A DNA stretch of 64,000 nucleotides from Callorhinchus milii (lineage: Eukaryota). Each line of letters starts with the position of its first letter. Positions within the stretch are counted from its first letter, which is position 1. Where the stretch lies: assembly GCF_018977255.1 (NCBI RefSeq), contig NW_024704743.1, positions 51,958,001 to 52,022,000 of the forward strand, read 5' to 3'. The notes below the pieces were generated by a model, which worked only from the letters and a program-made list of their open reading frames with translations, searched no databases and was not told where the DNA came from. Made by a program: the position numbers and the translations under genes. Shown here in pieces: positions 11,640 through 25,752 of the stretch.

Positions 11640-12460
11640 TCTCCAGCCTCGACTTTTCAAGTAGATTCCTTGGTGGTATCCCCAACTCCACTATCCATAA
11701 AGTTCAACTCATCCACAACTCTTTTCGCTTGCACCAAACTGCACCTCAATCACCCCAGCCCTTGTCAGGCTCTACTGTCCATTTCCTAATCGAACAACTT
11801 CAAGATCTTTACCTTCACCTTAAATTCCCTTCAAACAATAGCATCTCCTATTCTCTCTGATTTTCTGCCTCATACCTCTGCTAGCCGCTCCTGCTCTTGG
11901 CTTGCTGCACATCCCTGCTCCCTTTGCACCACCATCAATGACAGAGCCTTCAGTTACAACACCCTGAACCCATGGAACTAGTTCCCTCTCCCCTTTAACT
12001 CTCCACTCTTGATCTGCCTCTAAATGCCGGCCATAAAACTAACCCCTTTTAAAAGAAGCAGAGGGGAGGTGAGAAGACATTTTTTCATGCAGCGAGTTGT
12101 TCAAATCTGGAATGCATTGCCTGAAAGGGTGGTCAAGACCGATTCGATAACAACTTTTAAAAACGCAGTGGACGGGTATTTGAGGAAGACAGGTTTGCAG
12201 GGTTATGGGGAAAGGGCTGGGGAGTGGGATTGACATTAATTGCTCCATTCAAAGAGCCGGCACAAACTCGATGGGCCGAATGGCCTCTTTTTGTGCTGTA
12301 CGATTCTATGATTCTATGATGCTATGAAACGTGCCTATGGGCACCCTCCCTTTCCCCGTCTTCCTTCTCCCTTGCTCGGCATCTAAGCCCATTATTGTAA
12401 AGCACTCCAAGATGTTACACTGTGTCAAGCGCACAACATAAATGCAAGTTGCTTTTGTTG
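11640..12460 (+). mobile_element. L2-clade LINE 3' fragment split by a CR1 insertion
   Basis: Degraded LDFS..IHKVQLIHNS region; resumes at ~12329 and ends cataaatgcaagttgctttttgttg. Confidence 0.8.
12035..12328 (+). mobile_element. Well-preserved CR1-clade LINE 3' end
   Basis: RGEVRRHFFMQRVVQIWNALPERVV..FKNAVDGYL (CR1 ORF2 C-terminus), gatgggccgaatggcctc hairpin, (ATTCTATG)n tail. Confidence 0.95.
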
Positions 12461-14693
12461 AGCAGCCCCTCACTCCATTCAACTCAATCTGCCAGACAAC
12501 CACACATTAGGATCAAAATATAATTAAAGACCACACAATATCCTTTCCTACAACCTTTCTCTTATGCTTCTCAAAATCCTAAACTTCAGTTTTTGTGAGT
12601 CTCCTCTCTACTTTTTCAGCCCTCATCCTTTAGATTAGAGTAAAAAGATACAAGGCTTCAAGAGTCTTGTTTAATATCTATCAGCTCCGCGTGTTAAATA
12701 AATAATGTACTCAAGCAAGATCCGTTCATATATCCTCTATTTCAAATGCTGGAGTTTATTATCTATTTAGAGATTGGATTCCCACAATGAATTCTTCCAA
12801 AAATAGTTAATAGCCATAACACAAATAAAGGGAAATAGGATTAGGATACTTTTGAAATTAGTCTAATTTTCAGGCCTCAACCACCCTTCCTGGCAACATT
12901 TTCTAGTTGTTCATTACCTCCAGTCTAACATCTCTGTGTACTTTACATGCAGAGGATTTATTTAAAATATATGGAGAGTACTTTAACAGTTAATCCTGTT
13001 GTTTATGGGAGGATACCACACTTTGAACCTTCTCATTAGAAAACTGATATTTGAAAAAAGAACTGCCTTATGGTTAATGGTGTGTAACTCATACAGGGGA
13101 GGCTAATGCTTCTATGCAGTTGATCTTGTAATTTTTTTTACGGGGGAGGTATAAGAATGAAAGAAAACAAATAAGTGGCATGTACATGAGCAGGGCTGAA
13201 CCTGTCTGTAAAATATAGTGGTGGGCAAACCAATTAATTCCTCTTTGGCATCCACTGACTTCAAGCTTGGAACAGTCATGTTTTTGCCTGTAAATTTCTG
13301 TTAAGGGCACATCACAGGCTTCATTAAGATTGGAAGGGATGCAGCAAGTCCTTCCGTTCTGTGCCCTGCTCTACTTAATATTCACAGTTTGTTATTTCCA
13401 ACTGATAACTGCAGTACAAGGAATCATATGATCTCAGTATATCCATTGTACCAACCTTATTTAGATAACCAAACTTTCCTTAAATGAGTCCAGTGTCCTG
13501 ACCTCAATTACTGATCATGATAACACATTATCTCTTAATTACAATACAATGTAATATCCCCAGCTTGGGTGTGCATCTAGTACTATGAAACACTTTGGAA
13601 CGTCCTCCTGACTTGAAATGTGCCATATTAATTTAAATTGTATTGTATTATAATCCACAACTTTCTGATTCAGAGGTGAGAGTGTTACCAACAGAGCCAG
13701 GCTGAGAAATGCAGCTTGTTGTCGAGCCTAAGCTTGTCTTTCACAACTCTGAGTATGTACGCTCTTGCACTACTATCTTGGTCCCTTTACAAGGACCATC
13801 AAGGTGTTTTCAAGGCTGAGAAAGAACCCAAGCTTCCTTGCTAATCAATTGAGAGGATATTGTAGAGGTAAGAGATAGATCTATGTACCTTGGCAGAATG
13901 TATTGTTTGAATCTATTCCCTGGTGCTTCTAATGAAAACAAGCTTTACAAAATCCTGAAATACAATGTAGAACAATAATCTCCAATCCCATAAATACACC
14001 AACACTTGATACTGCATGAAAACACTTTCACCACATGGCAATTTGCCCTTGACTTGCCTTTGGTTTGACATTACGGGTATGTGCAACACAGAGGTGTTGG
14101 TGTTGGGTATTGAAATAGTAAAATGAAAGATTCAGTAGGACTGTTATGTCATGGTGTGCATGATACAAAGCTGAACAGGAACTATTGATATGATTTAATA
14201 GCGTCCCGACAGGATTATGATTGACGCTGTGTACATGACATTGAGGGGAATAGGTATGTTTGAGTTTAATAACCACTCAACAGAAACATGATCTGAGTTC
14301 CCCGGAGCCTCAGTAGGCAAATAGTAGGTAATAGGCAGGCAGTGGTTGTGGCCGTGGTCAGACATATCAGTTACTGTTACTGTACTACTCAATCTTACCC
14401 AGGGTGGCAGTAAAAGTTCTACAATTGTTTTTGGCATCCTCCAATATCCAAGAGAAAATTGAAAGAAATATTCATTCTTACAAACTACTTAGAATCAACT
14501 ACGACTGAGTAAAGTAGGATTTCCTGTTAAAGACTGATTGTTTGAAACATGAACAGCAAGCAACGGACATATTTGAGTATTGAATGAGGATAGCATGCAT
14601 CACTGCCACTGTCTTCAGACAAGGATGGAAGAGGGAAGATTTTAATCGCAATTTGGCAGGAGTGCATGCATGCCCCAGAGTGGATTAAATATT

Positions 14694-14998
14694 GTGGAGT
14701 CCTGTAGCTCAGTGGTTAGAGCACTCGCCTTGCAAGTGAGACACCTGGGTTCATCCAGGCAAGGCGAAACCTTGGGCAAGTTTCCTTACTCTACATGCCT
14801 AATAATAATCCCTCCAAAACAAAACAATGATGAATTGGTCATTTTTAATCCACAACTGTTTATGGGACACTGTGTGCGCAATTGGCTGACCACAAATATG
14901 CAGTCAATTCACTTTGCAGTATATTCTGTAAAGCGCTTTGAAACATCTAGAAGACATGAAAAGCGCTATATCAAATGCAAGGATTATTATTATTATTA
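14694..14998 (+). mobile_element. tRNA-Ala-like Deu-domain SINE, type B
   Basis: Same head, body and (TTA)n tail as 8602-8920. Confidence 0.95.
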
Positions 14999-17372
14999 AT
15001 ACATGGTTACAGTGTTATAACAGAATACTGCGATGTGACTCTATGATGTGAAAAATGCAGCATTCACTGGTGATAAGTTTTATATTGTTGAAAAATGACA
15101 TTGAACCACCCAATAACTAAAGACTGGCAGTGGTTGTGAACTCCCTCACCCTCCCTGATTTGGGCACAATGAGTTTGACCCACAAAACGCGGTCACTACA
15201 ATTTATAGTATATTCTGTGAAGCACTTTATGATGTTGCGACAATACAATAAGGTGCTATAATAAAATGCAAGGATTATTAGTATTTATGATTGGGCCATG
15301 AGTCAGCCCAAAACATTCAGCCATTTCCGTGGTGTTGCTATCCGTGTTGGTTCAACAACAAGTTTCAACAATGTTATACTGCACATTGTATGTTGTATTC
15401 TTCACGCCTACATACAAGTTCACTTGCATGCATGCTTGTGTTGACTGCACATAAAAGAATACAGTTTGTGGATACTTGTCAGTAAATACTTGTATGCCAT
15501 TCTTCTTGAATCCAAGCCTGAGATTGCAAGCAGCATCTCCATGCTGACCTGCTCCATATAATGGGATCAAACTGCACTCAAAGTCAAACCGCCAGTCGTT
15601 CCCTATACAGCCAACTGTTCAGAAATATGACTGAAACCTATTATTGGGAAAACAACATTGAGATAACTTTTGAAAGAAAATTACTGAAGAAATTCAAAAT
15701 GAGGACAGTGTATTTCACTATTCACAGCTTTTGATGCAGGATTATAAACGCCAATGAAAAAGACACTGATTTTCAGGAATTAAAATTGCAAACAATATAG
15801 AATATATAAAAACTGAAATGGGAACCTGCTATTTTCATTAGCTTCAATGTCAAACACAATTATAAAATTAATTCTAATGTACAATTCTTAACCTTAAGCT
15901 CAAGTCTAACCCAGTCTTAATTCTAGCATCCAAATTAATATTGAATCTAATCCTATAACATCATTTTAGTCTTAACCTAATCATATAAAGATCAACTAAT
16001 TCAATTCCAACCAAGTCTGGAACAAAACTGAAAATGTTTTTTTAAAAATGTAATTTTAAATAACTTTTGAACTGAACTGCAGCCTAAACCATATCAGACA
16101 CTATAGAGTGTTTAAAGGACTATAATGGGGCTGTTGTGTTCCCCATTTGCCTATTTTACTGTATTTGCAGATGGTTTAATACACATATGTTTGTTCTTTT
16201 ACCTAAGTTGTGTGGATCCCCATGACTTTTGTAATTAATGAATCTTCATTATACTTGTTTGTGTAATTTAATTACATTTGTTTTCTAAACTAACATTAGC
16301 CTTGGTAGGCAGCTCACTCTGTCATTTAGGCTCCCTGCCAAAGTATCTGCTCTGAAACGGCAGAGGCAATTTCAACAAGGCATTTTTTTTAAATGCATTA
16401 TCATTTGGCACAGAATTATGATTTAGCTTTTTAAGCAGCAAAAAAAACGATGTGAAACCCAGTGAGGCAGGTCTGCTCACAGCTTGTGTGCCATGCGGAG
16501 TGTTGATATTCAACAGTGGGATTAAACTGTTGACTTATTGCACTCTATAGAACATATTGTGTACTTCTTTCTTCAACATTAAATTAACAGTATTTGGATC
16601 ACTGACCTATTTTGAGATTTGAGTATCTTTGCAATTGGGTGCAGGAGTACTCATGTTCATACAGGCTAAGGCTGTTCAACGAAGCACGCTAATCACAAAT
16701 GCCAGGAAACCCTTTTTAGTTTACTTGTTTACACAGACAGACATACACTGTTGCATATACACATGTACATATATTTTGTGTGGTTACACACACAAAAGCA
16801 TTCATGCTTTTTCTCAAACCCATGATCCATCCTTCAAACAGAAGAGATTGATGACTCCACAACTGTTATGAATATCACTCTATAAAAGTCCAACTGGTCA
16901 GAGTCTCCAAACTCTGAGTGGACCTCGCCTGATGACGTCACGTTCACCTTGCTTGATGTACACAATGTGGAGAATGCGCTAAGTCAGAGCCAATGAATGG
17001 TAGACACAGACTTTCATCCAGTAACTCCAGGCTTGAATGTGTGGGCATACGGCCAATGAAGGTAGTTGAGTTACGCTCCAAACCAAAGCCACCATCCGAG
17101 CTTATGACATCTGTGGTAGGAATACAATATTCGTCAATATTCTACCACCACAGTACAGAAGGCACTTTTTTTTATTTTATTTAGCGAATGCTTGTATAAC
17201 TCAGTCCCTTCAGATCCAAATTTGAACCAGTGCCCCATGGTGGATGAATCATCACTTCAATTATAAAACAGCTTATTTTCTTATGAAATAAGAGCACCAA
17301 ATCGTTGTCAGCAATAGACTTTTGTCCCAAGTCTTTGTCCATCAAGCTTTTGCTTAGCTTTTGTTCATCAAG

Positions 17373-17662
17373 TCCTGGATGAGAGCTAACTTTCTACAGT
17401 TGAACATCAACAAGACCGAGGCTCTCCTGATTGGCTCTCGTCCGCGCCTCCACACCTCAGCTGCTGACAGCCGCTGACAACATCACCATCCTAGAATGCA
17501 CACTCCACCTTACTAAGCCAATCCAGAACCTTGGGGTTTTGTTTTACCCTCAAGTATTTCTACCCCACATTTGTTCCATGTCCCGCTCTACGATCCCCCA
17601 CCTCCATAACGTTAACAAGGTCCGCCACTGTCTCACATCGCAGACCACTGAGACCCTCATAC
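17373..17662 (+). mobile_element. L2 ORF2 internal fragment
   Basis: [20 protein letters not shown] motif; homologous to ~18263-18545. Confidence 0.85.
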
Positions 17663-19155
17663 TCCTATCCTTAAAAAACTCCTCCTTGGACCCTTCTCTA
17701 CTCCCTAACTACCTTCCCCATCTCCAACCTCTCTTTCCTCTCCAAGATCCTGGAACGAGTTGTTGCTTCACAGCTTCGCTCCTTCCTTTCCTGCCACTCC
17801 CTTCTCAAACCCCTACAATCGGGCTTCCATGCCACCCACAGCACAGAAACCATCCTGGTCAAAGTGACAAATGACATTCTGTCCAACTGCGACCAGGGCT
17901 CCCTCTGGCTCCTCGTCTTCCTTAACTTCTCTGCTGCTTTCGACACCGTAGACCACTCATCCACCGCCTCTCCTCTCACTTCAACCTCCATGGCGCTATC
18001 CATGATTGGTTCCAATCGTACCTCTCTGTACTTCATCTCCTCAAACGGCTTCTCCTCTAGCCCCTGGAATGTCTTGTGCGGTGTTCCTCAGGGCTCTGTC
18101 CTTGGTCCCCTTCTCTTCAACATCTACATGCTCCCTCTTGGTGACATCATCTGCAGACATGGGGTCAATGTCCAGATGTATGTGGATGACACCCAACTTT
18201 CTGCCTCCACCTTTGACTCTAGGACTACTCCTGTGCTGACAGAATGACTGTCAGACATCAAGTTCTGGTGAGAGCTAACTTTCTTCAGTTGAACGTCAAC
18301 AAGACCGAGGCTCTCCTGATTGGCTCCCGTCAGCACCTCCACACCTCAGGTACTGACATCATCACTGCCCATGGTTGCACACTCCACCTTACTTAGTCAG
18401 TCCAGAACCTTGGAGTGTCTTGTTTGACCCTCAACTATCCTTTCTACCCCACATCTGCGCCATGACCCGCTCTGCCTTCCCCCACATCCACAACATCGCC
18501 CGGCTCCAACACTGTCTCACACCGCAAGCCCCCGAAACCCTCATACACGCCTTCATTACATCGAGGCTTGACTATGCAAACGTATTGTTTGTCAGCCTCC
18601 CCAACTCCTTCCTCCACAGGCTGCAGATCATCCAAAACTCTGCAGCCCGTCTCCTCTCCCACACTAGGCTCCGCGACCCTATCACCCCCATCCTCGCCCA
18701 ACTTCACTAGCTTCCCATCACACAGAGGATACAGTTCAAGATCCTGGTCCTCACCTTCAAAACCCTCCACGGTCTTGCTCCCCCATATCACTCCAACCTC
18801 CTAACCTGCTACCACCCTGTTCACTCCCTCCGCTCAGTGGACTCCGGCCTGCTTCACGTCCCCTGCCTTGCTCACCCCACTATTAGCGGCCAGGCCTTCC
18901 ACCACTCTGCACCCACCCTCTGGAAAGCCATCTCCCAGTCCCTGCGTCTCGCCCCCTCCCTCACCACCTTCAAGACCCACCTCAAGACCCTCCTCTTCGA
19001 CAGTGCTTTCGATCTCCCTGCTTCCCCCCTGCCCTCCACCCTCCCCGACCCCAACCTCTTTCTCACGTCTGAAACATTGACTGTCCAGCACCTTGGGACG
19101 TCCTCTCAATGTGAAAGGTGCTATTCATATGTCATTTTGTTGTTGTAGTTGTTGT
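17663..19155 (+). mobile_element. L2-clade LINE, 5'-truncated, RT domain pseudogene
   Basis: [59 protein letters not shown]; frameshifts; tail gggacgtcctctcaatgtgaaaggtgct..(TTG)n. Confidence 0.95.
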
Positions 19156-21714
19156 AGTTTAATGCAGGTGTTTACAATAGTCAGTCACATTCTCATAGAA
19201 CAGCCAGATTCGGCAGGAAGCCTGAACACAATAGCTTCTATTTACACTCATAGATGGTTAGAATCAGAAAAAAATCTGGAACCATGTTATATTTCAGTTT
19301 TCACTTGCTTATTTTGCTTTGCGGATGATGTCAGAATTCTTCCGTATAATTACTAGTCTCATTAAAGTGACAGCAACTCCTGTTCATTGATGCAAATCAG
19401 TTATATTTGAAGAATGTTGAAAATAAAATAAACAGAAATTCAACACCCTTTCCATGTGTCCCATATTTTTCTTACACAGAAAGCTTTGTGCCCTGAAGGG
19501 TTTTGGCAAACCTATCAAAAGAAGAAAGAAACAGCATCTTTTTGAGCGCTATCTCTAATCATGCAAACACAGTAACAACATTGCTACAACAGTATTAAAA
19601 ACAGAATAGAATTACTATGCGTCACTTTATTCCAGGCGAATGTGGCAGCCCATTTGCGTACAGTCAAGGTGCTATGGAGAAGATCTGTCTGTTCTGAGGA
19701 TGCATGGGTTCAATAGTAGAGATGAGAGCTGGATGAGTATTCTAGAGTTTTTACTTCTTTATCTTTGAAGCACCAGAAGCGTAAATCTTTCCCTCAAGCG
19801 ATAGAAATGCCATCAAGTCTCAGCCTGTGAGACCATTTCTATCTTAAATTTCAAGATTGTGTAGAACTGTGGAAAAATCTTCAATTTAATTTGGAAGCTT
19901 TTTTTTAAGAATTGCAAAATAAATCTTCCAAATTCAAAACTGTATTGAAGAATTTCTGCACCCCGATGAGGCAAAATGTCTTACAGTCTTAGAATTTCAG
20001 GCCAAGAGTAGATGGGATGAAGTCAACACTAACAATAGCTTCTGCACTGTCGGCAAAAAGATCAGGTTTGATGGGTTGAATGGCCTTTTCTGTTGCTGTT
20101 GCTTCATGGCAAACATGTATATAATTTAAAAAGAACCAGAAAAAGGATAATTAGCACACAAAGGGGAAATGTATTTACCTGGATTGTCAGGCAGCCTTAA
20201 ATTTTATAAAAGGCATAAATCTGCACAATTCCTGATGTTCATCTTCTGTGACATTATGAACGAGTTGTTTTCTTATACTCTTCAATTCCTATGATTATAA
20301 TAATAATTTGCATTTATAAACACATTTCACATAAAGTAAATGTCTCAACGCATTTTGCCAAGTAGAATTGCTAAGAAGTGAATACTGTTATACAGGAAAA
20401 TGTGACAGCTAATCTACACCAGCAATGTCCTGTTAACAAGAATAATTAATATATGATAATGATGAATTGAAATTTCATGATATCACTAATGAGGGAACCT
20501 GACTGGGGAACCACTGAATGAAAGCAAATCCAAGTAGGCCCCTGTAAATAGGCTTTTATTATTTTTTATGTTTGTAAATCACAGACTGTAAGACACCTCA
20601 CCATTACTTCTTGATTTGTCTCAATTTCCCTTTTTATAACAATAATAATAATAATCCTTACAATTGGTACAGTGCCTTTTATTCTGGGAGGAAGTCTTAA
20701 AATTTACTGTACAGTGGAGTGACTGTGTTTTGTCGGAGGAATGCAGCAACCAATTTGCACCCAGCAATAATAATAATAACACTCCACAGTATTATATACC
20801 GCACTATGAGCTTTGGTTCTTCACTTAAACATCTTTTTAAAATATATATTATATACTCATCATATTTAGCAATTCAGCTGATCATGTTTTAAATTTAAAG
20901 ACACCACTAAACAAAAGATCTGTTATTTTCTATTGTAGCCTTCAATGGTCATATTTACACATAATTACCGTCAACTAGTTTTGGTGATAACTTGCACACT
21001 GGATAATTAAAAGCAATAGAAAAGGGTGGTTATATTCACTAATAGTCAGTACATTCAGGGAACTTGCAAAATCAATAAATTGGCTGCTCAGATTTGTCCT
21101 CAGAAAATGGCTGTGTTTATGTGTTATTGTCAAAACAATGCAAAGAAAATTATTGGATTAGTAATCAGATTTTATTTGTGGCGGGCAATATTTGCTAGCT
21201 TTCCTGACTCCACCTGTCTCAATGGCAGATACTTATTGACACAATCATGCATACACACCAAATTCATTTCAGATGTTGGAACTGTCCCAAATTCCAAAGA
21301 TTTGAGTCCAAATATTGAAAAAGAGATCTAGCTTCTGTGAAGCCGGATTGCTCAAGATCAGTGGGAAAATTTTCTCCTGACAACCAATGAAACAAATGAA
21401 TAGATGAATACAGTGTTCTGGACGGTCTGAAAGGCAAACATCTTTAACAGACTGCCTCCTGCACATCTCAAGTTGCTAGATCCTTTACGCACAAAGATTA
21501 CTCAAATAAACTTATTGGACTTGTAGATAACGAACCCATACAGAAATCTGATGGGTAGGGCAGATTGCAAAGGAATATAAAAGTAGCAAGCAAGGAAAAT
21601 CCTATTAACTTTCAGCTTTTATATATTTTGTATTCTGTACAAGTTTTGTATCAAGTCGTGGTGTAGTTCATTTGTAGCAGGTAAGGGACACAAAGCAGGT
21701 CAGAGTTGGAGAAG

Positions 21715-21982
21715 TCTGCCAATACCTCTTTCCAAAAGCCGCTGAAACCCTGGTCCATGCCTTCGTTACCTCTTGGCTGGACTACTCTAATGCCCTCCCC
21801 GCCGGTCTCCCATCCACTACCATCCATAAAATCCAAATCATTCAAAACTGCCGCCCGCATTCTCACCCGCACCAAACTCCGCTCCACGATCACCCCAGTG
21901 ACAAAGGTGTGGATGACAGTTTCAGCTGCATTGGGAATGAGGTAATGGTGGAGGTGCGCAATGTTGTGCAGATGGAGGAACG
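21715..21982. mobile_element. L2 fragments in opposite orientation (+ 21715-21900, - 21901-21982)
   Basis: Plus: FVTSWLDYSNAL..IHKIQII; minus: FLHLHNIAHLHHYL..AAETVIHTFVT. Confidence 0.75.
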
Positions 21983-23289
21983 ATCATCTTTGATATTTCA
22001 GTTCAACTGATCTGCAAAGAAAAACCATTAATTTCTTAATAGCTCCTTTAAATGTTGGTTAATCCAACAGATGGAGTCTTCCCTTTAAAGACATTTTCAT
22101 GTACACTTAATTAGAGCAGTTATTTAGTTCTTCTGGGCAATTGTCCCTCTAATAAGAGAATCTATGCTGTATAATAGGGCAGCAAAGGTGGAACTGTGTT
22201 ACATTATCAGATGACCTTTGCTACTTGTGCATTTACCAAAAATAACAATCTTTCCTTTCTGACCCACAGAAAGAAAGTCATTTTTAGTTTAATAGGATTA
22301 TTGATCAAAGACTTGCTTCTTGTTGCAATGCATAATGTTGACTGCAATGGGTCAATTCTGTATTTAATTGTATTTAATTTATATCAAATTGTTGACTCTA
22401 ACATTTGTGTCTTTGTGTGGTTCGGGACCTCGAGAGAATTAACTCACACAGACAGATGAAAATTAATTTTATATAGCAATGTGAACAATACACAAAGGTA
22501 TAGTTACAATCCAGAGAACAGAATATACAGTTATGGGAGTTTTCTCAGTCTTCTTTACATTCTTCTTTCCAAGATCTGTTCCAATTTCAGGCTGGTTAAT
22601 GGCCGATATTTATACACATGAACAAATGCATTTTCATAACCTTCAAGACCATTAGATCAGTTTCCTTGATTTGACTGATTTTAATCCTCATCACCCTCAC
22701 CCCCAACCTACCAGATCATTTTATTGAAACATTCCTTCTCCTTTCACCCTTCTCTACATGACTGACATTAGATAAGGAATGCAAATCCACCTAATTACAT
22801 CACTTCTTCACCTTACTTTTTAACTAACATAGACCATCTTTCACATACACTGAACATATTTCATATACCTTAACCTTTTCCCCACATAACTGTACCAGAG
22901 CAAGCAAGGACATTAGATAAAGAAAAGACAGATACTAGTCATTTCTAGCAGGTAAACAAGTTATATGAGTACAAAAGGACGGACGTTACAAAAGAAAAGA
23001 CAACATCTAGCAAGGTTACAAAAGTCACAGGAGTGCAATCATCAGTGAAATTTCACTTAAAGGTACAGCAAGACAAATGTTCAAAAATGTTCCATTGTAG
23101 GCAAATTATATAGTAATCCAACGTAATGATCAACTTCACAAAGTTTTATCAATTTCCAGTATTAAAATGATTACAATTATATATTTTCATTGCTGCAAAG
23201 CCTAGCAATAGTGTATACGCATCATTCGAATCAGGGCTTCCTGTTCTAGCGGCTTTGACTGCAAGGGTGAGACATACAGCTCCACCATA

Positions 23290-24575
23290 CACAAAATTCA
23301 ACCAATTCAGAACTCCGCCACCAGAATCTCACCCGCATAAAACTCTGTACCCCCATCATAAAGTAACTCTCTGTGGCCAGGGCAAGCTCTGTCTCCTCGT
23401 TCTCCAAGACTTCAACACAGTCAATCACGCCATCCTCCTCCAGAACCTCTACTCGCTCATCCATCTCAGCGGGATTGCACTCATGTTGTTCGAGTCCTAC
23501 TTAACAAGCCGCCAACAATACATCTCAGCAAATGGTTTCTCCTCCCGCCCCTGCCCCTGCCCGGTCACCTGCGGGATACCCTAAGGCCGCACCCTTAGCC
23601 CGCTTCTTTTCCTTATCTACATGCTCCCTCTTGGCGATGTCATCTGCAGCCATAGGGTCAAATTTCACATGTTTGCGGATGACACCGAAATCTTCTTGTC
23701 CTCCTCCAGCTGCGACTCCCAGTCTACAGTCCTGTCAGCTTCTTTGACTGACATCAAGGCCTGGATGAGCGCAAATTTCTTGCAGCTGAATGTCGGCAAG
23801 ACACAAGCGATACTCATTGGCTCTCGTCAACATATTTTCTCCTGTGGGTCTGAACTCCTCAACCTCCCCGAGCTCTCCCTCAGACTCACCAAACCCAAGC
23901 GCAACTTAGGTGTCTGGTTCAATCCCCAGCTTTCCTTTCTACACCACATCTGTTCCCTGGTCAGGACCACTTTTTTCCACCTCCGTCACATTGCCCGCCT
24001 ACGTCTGTACCTCACAACAAAAGTAGCTGAAACCCTAGCCCACGTCTTTAGCTTTTCCTGGCTGGACTATTCTAATTCCCTCCTTGCTGGTCTCCTCAGC
24101 TCCACCGTACACAAAATTCAACTAATTCAGAACTCTGCCGCCCGGATTCTCAGCCGCTCAAAACTCTGTACCCCCATCACTTCAGTCCTTGCCAGGCTCC
24201 ACTGGCTCCCAATTACTGAACAGATCGATTTCAAGATCCTTTCACTCATTTTTAAATCCCTTGATGCCCTCGCACCTCCCTACCCATCTGACTTGCTTAC
24301 CCCCACTACCCCACCCACTGACTCCGCTCGGCTGGCTCCTGCCTCCTTTCCTTCCCTCGTCCCCTCCGCTCCAGCATTGGAAACTCTCACCCTAATCCCT
24401 CCGCCTTGCCCCCTCCCTCCCCACTTTCAAATCCCGCCTAAAGACCTTCCTTTTTGATCGTGCTTATGGACACCTCCCCCTCCCCCTGGCTCAGGTCAGA
24501 CTCCACCACTGTCAAGCGCTCCAGGACACTACCCCACATGAAGGGTGCTACATAAATGCAAGTTGTTGTTGTTGA
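23290..24575 (+). mobile_element. L2-clade LINE, 5'-truncated (second 3'-end family)
   Basis: 278-aa ORF MLPLGDVI..HMFADDTEIF..WMSANFLQLNVGKT..LDYSNSLLAG..LHWLPI..IDFKI; tail aagcgctccaggacact..cataaatgcaag(TTG)n. Confidence 0.95.
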
Positions 24576-25424
24576 TAATGCTTCTCAATTTTCATACCAT
24601 GTTTGTTCTTGTTCACCCATAAGATGCTGAATTCCACACTCATTAAACTCCCAATTCAGTAAAACAACAAAAGCAAAATTAAATTAAAATTAATTCGTAA
24701 AATACCAATCTAAACTAAAATTCTTTATCGCAAATGCTACAGCAGGTGACCTGGTGTTCAATTAGAGCAGCAGAAATGTGGGAGGAACAGCTGTCCTGCC
24801 TCACACAGCCAAAAAAAAAGGTCAGATCAGATTCCAGGTCCACTGTGCAAAATTAATGACAACCTTGCAATAAAGTAACAGCATGAATTTGAGCCATGTA
24901 ATACAACATGATTACTAGAGTTTTTATTAGTCAAGGGTTTAGCGGTAGAACCGGCTGCTATTTTACATCTGAACAGAGATGTTACAGGTGTGCCAGTCTA
25001 AAGTGTCACATCAAAGTCGTAACCCTGATGGGTCAGTTTACACCTGATATAGTTAGTGCTTTAAGTTCAGAACTGCTGAAGAACATGAGCTTCTGTTACG
25101 ACACTTGATCTAACGTAAACTGATACAGTGAGAACAATCAAGGATAAAGAGGAGGTGAGGAGAGACCGAACATCAAATAAAAACACAATGGGGAAATTGA
25201 AAGCACAATCTGCCTGGCCTTTTTACAGTGTGTTTTGTCATTCTTTTGTTAGTAGTTGAGCTAATTGAAATGAAACAGTCTTCCTTCTGTTTGTTGCCAC
25301 ATAAAATATGCTGTAAGATCTATTGGTTCTTGCTCCATCTAAATTATTAAACATCACACCTTTCTGCCACTAACAGCTGGGAACAATTATCTTGTTTATT
25401 GCATTTTTTTTATTGCATTTATTG

Positions 25425-25752
25425 CACTTTTGCACCACCTGGCGCCTCTGCTCGACCGGCACCAGCCTCCTGCTTGTCCCTCGCACCCTCCGCTCCGCCA
25501 TTGGAGGTTGCGCTTTCAGCCACTAACCCCTGAAACTTTGGAACACTCTCCCTCAAACCCTCCGCCTTGCCCCCTTTTTCAACTCCCGCCTTAAAACCTT
25601 CCTTTTCAACGGTGCTTACAGTCACCTCTCCAACCTCTCCACCCCCGGCTCGGAGTCAAGCTTCGCTATTGTTAAGCGCTCTGAGACGCTGCCCTGCATG
25701 GAAGGCGCTATATAAGTGCAAGTTGCTGTTGTTTTTGTTGTTGTTGTTGTTT
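25425..25752 (+). mobile_element. L2 3' end fragment
   Basis: IGGCAFSH..LWNTLP, 3' stem-loop and (TTG)n tail. Confidence 0.9.

Noticed and set aside
14398..14440. Possible minus-strand micro-exon (TGG|GTAAGA donor)
   Set aside because: Weak acceptor, no recognisable peptide, no partner exons
23621..24457. 278-aa ORF as a functional RT gene
   Set aside because: It is the C-terminal part of L2 ORF2, lacking the endonuclease and RT N-terminus, with a stop just upstream; a dead 5'-truncated copy
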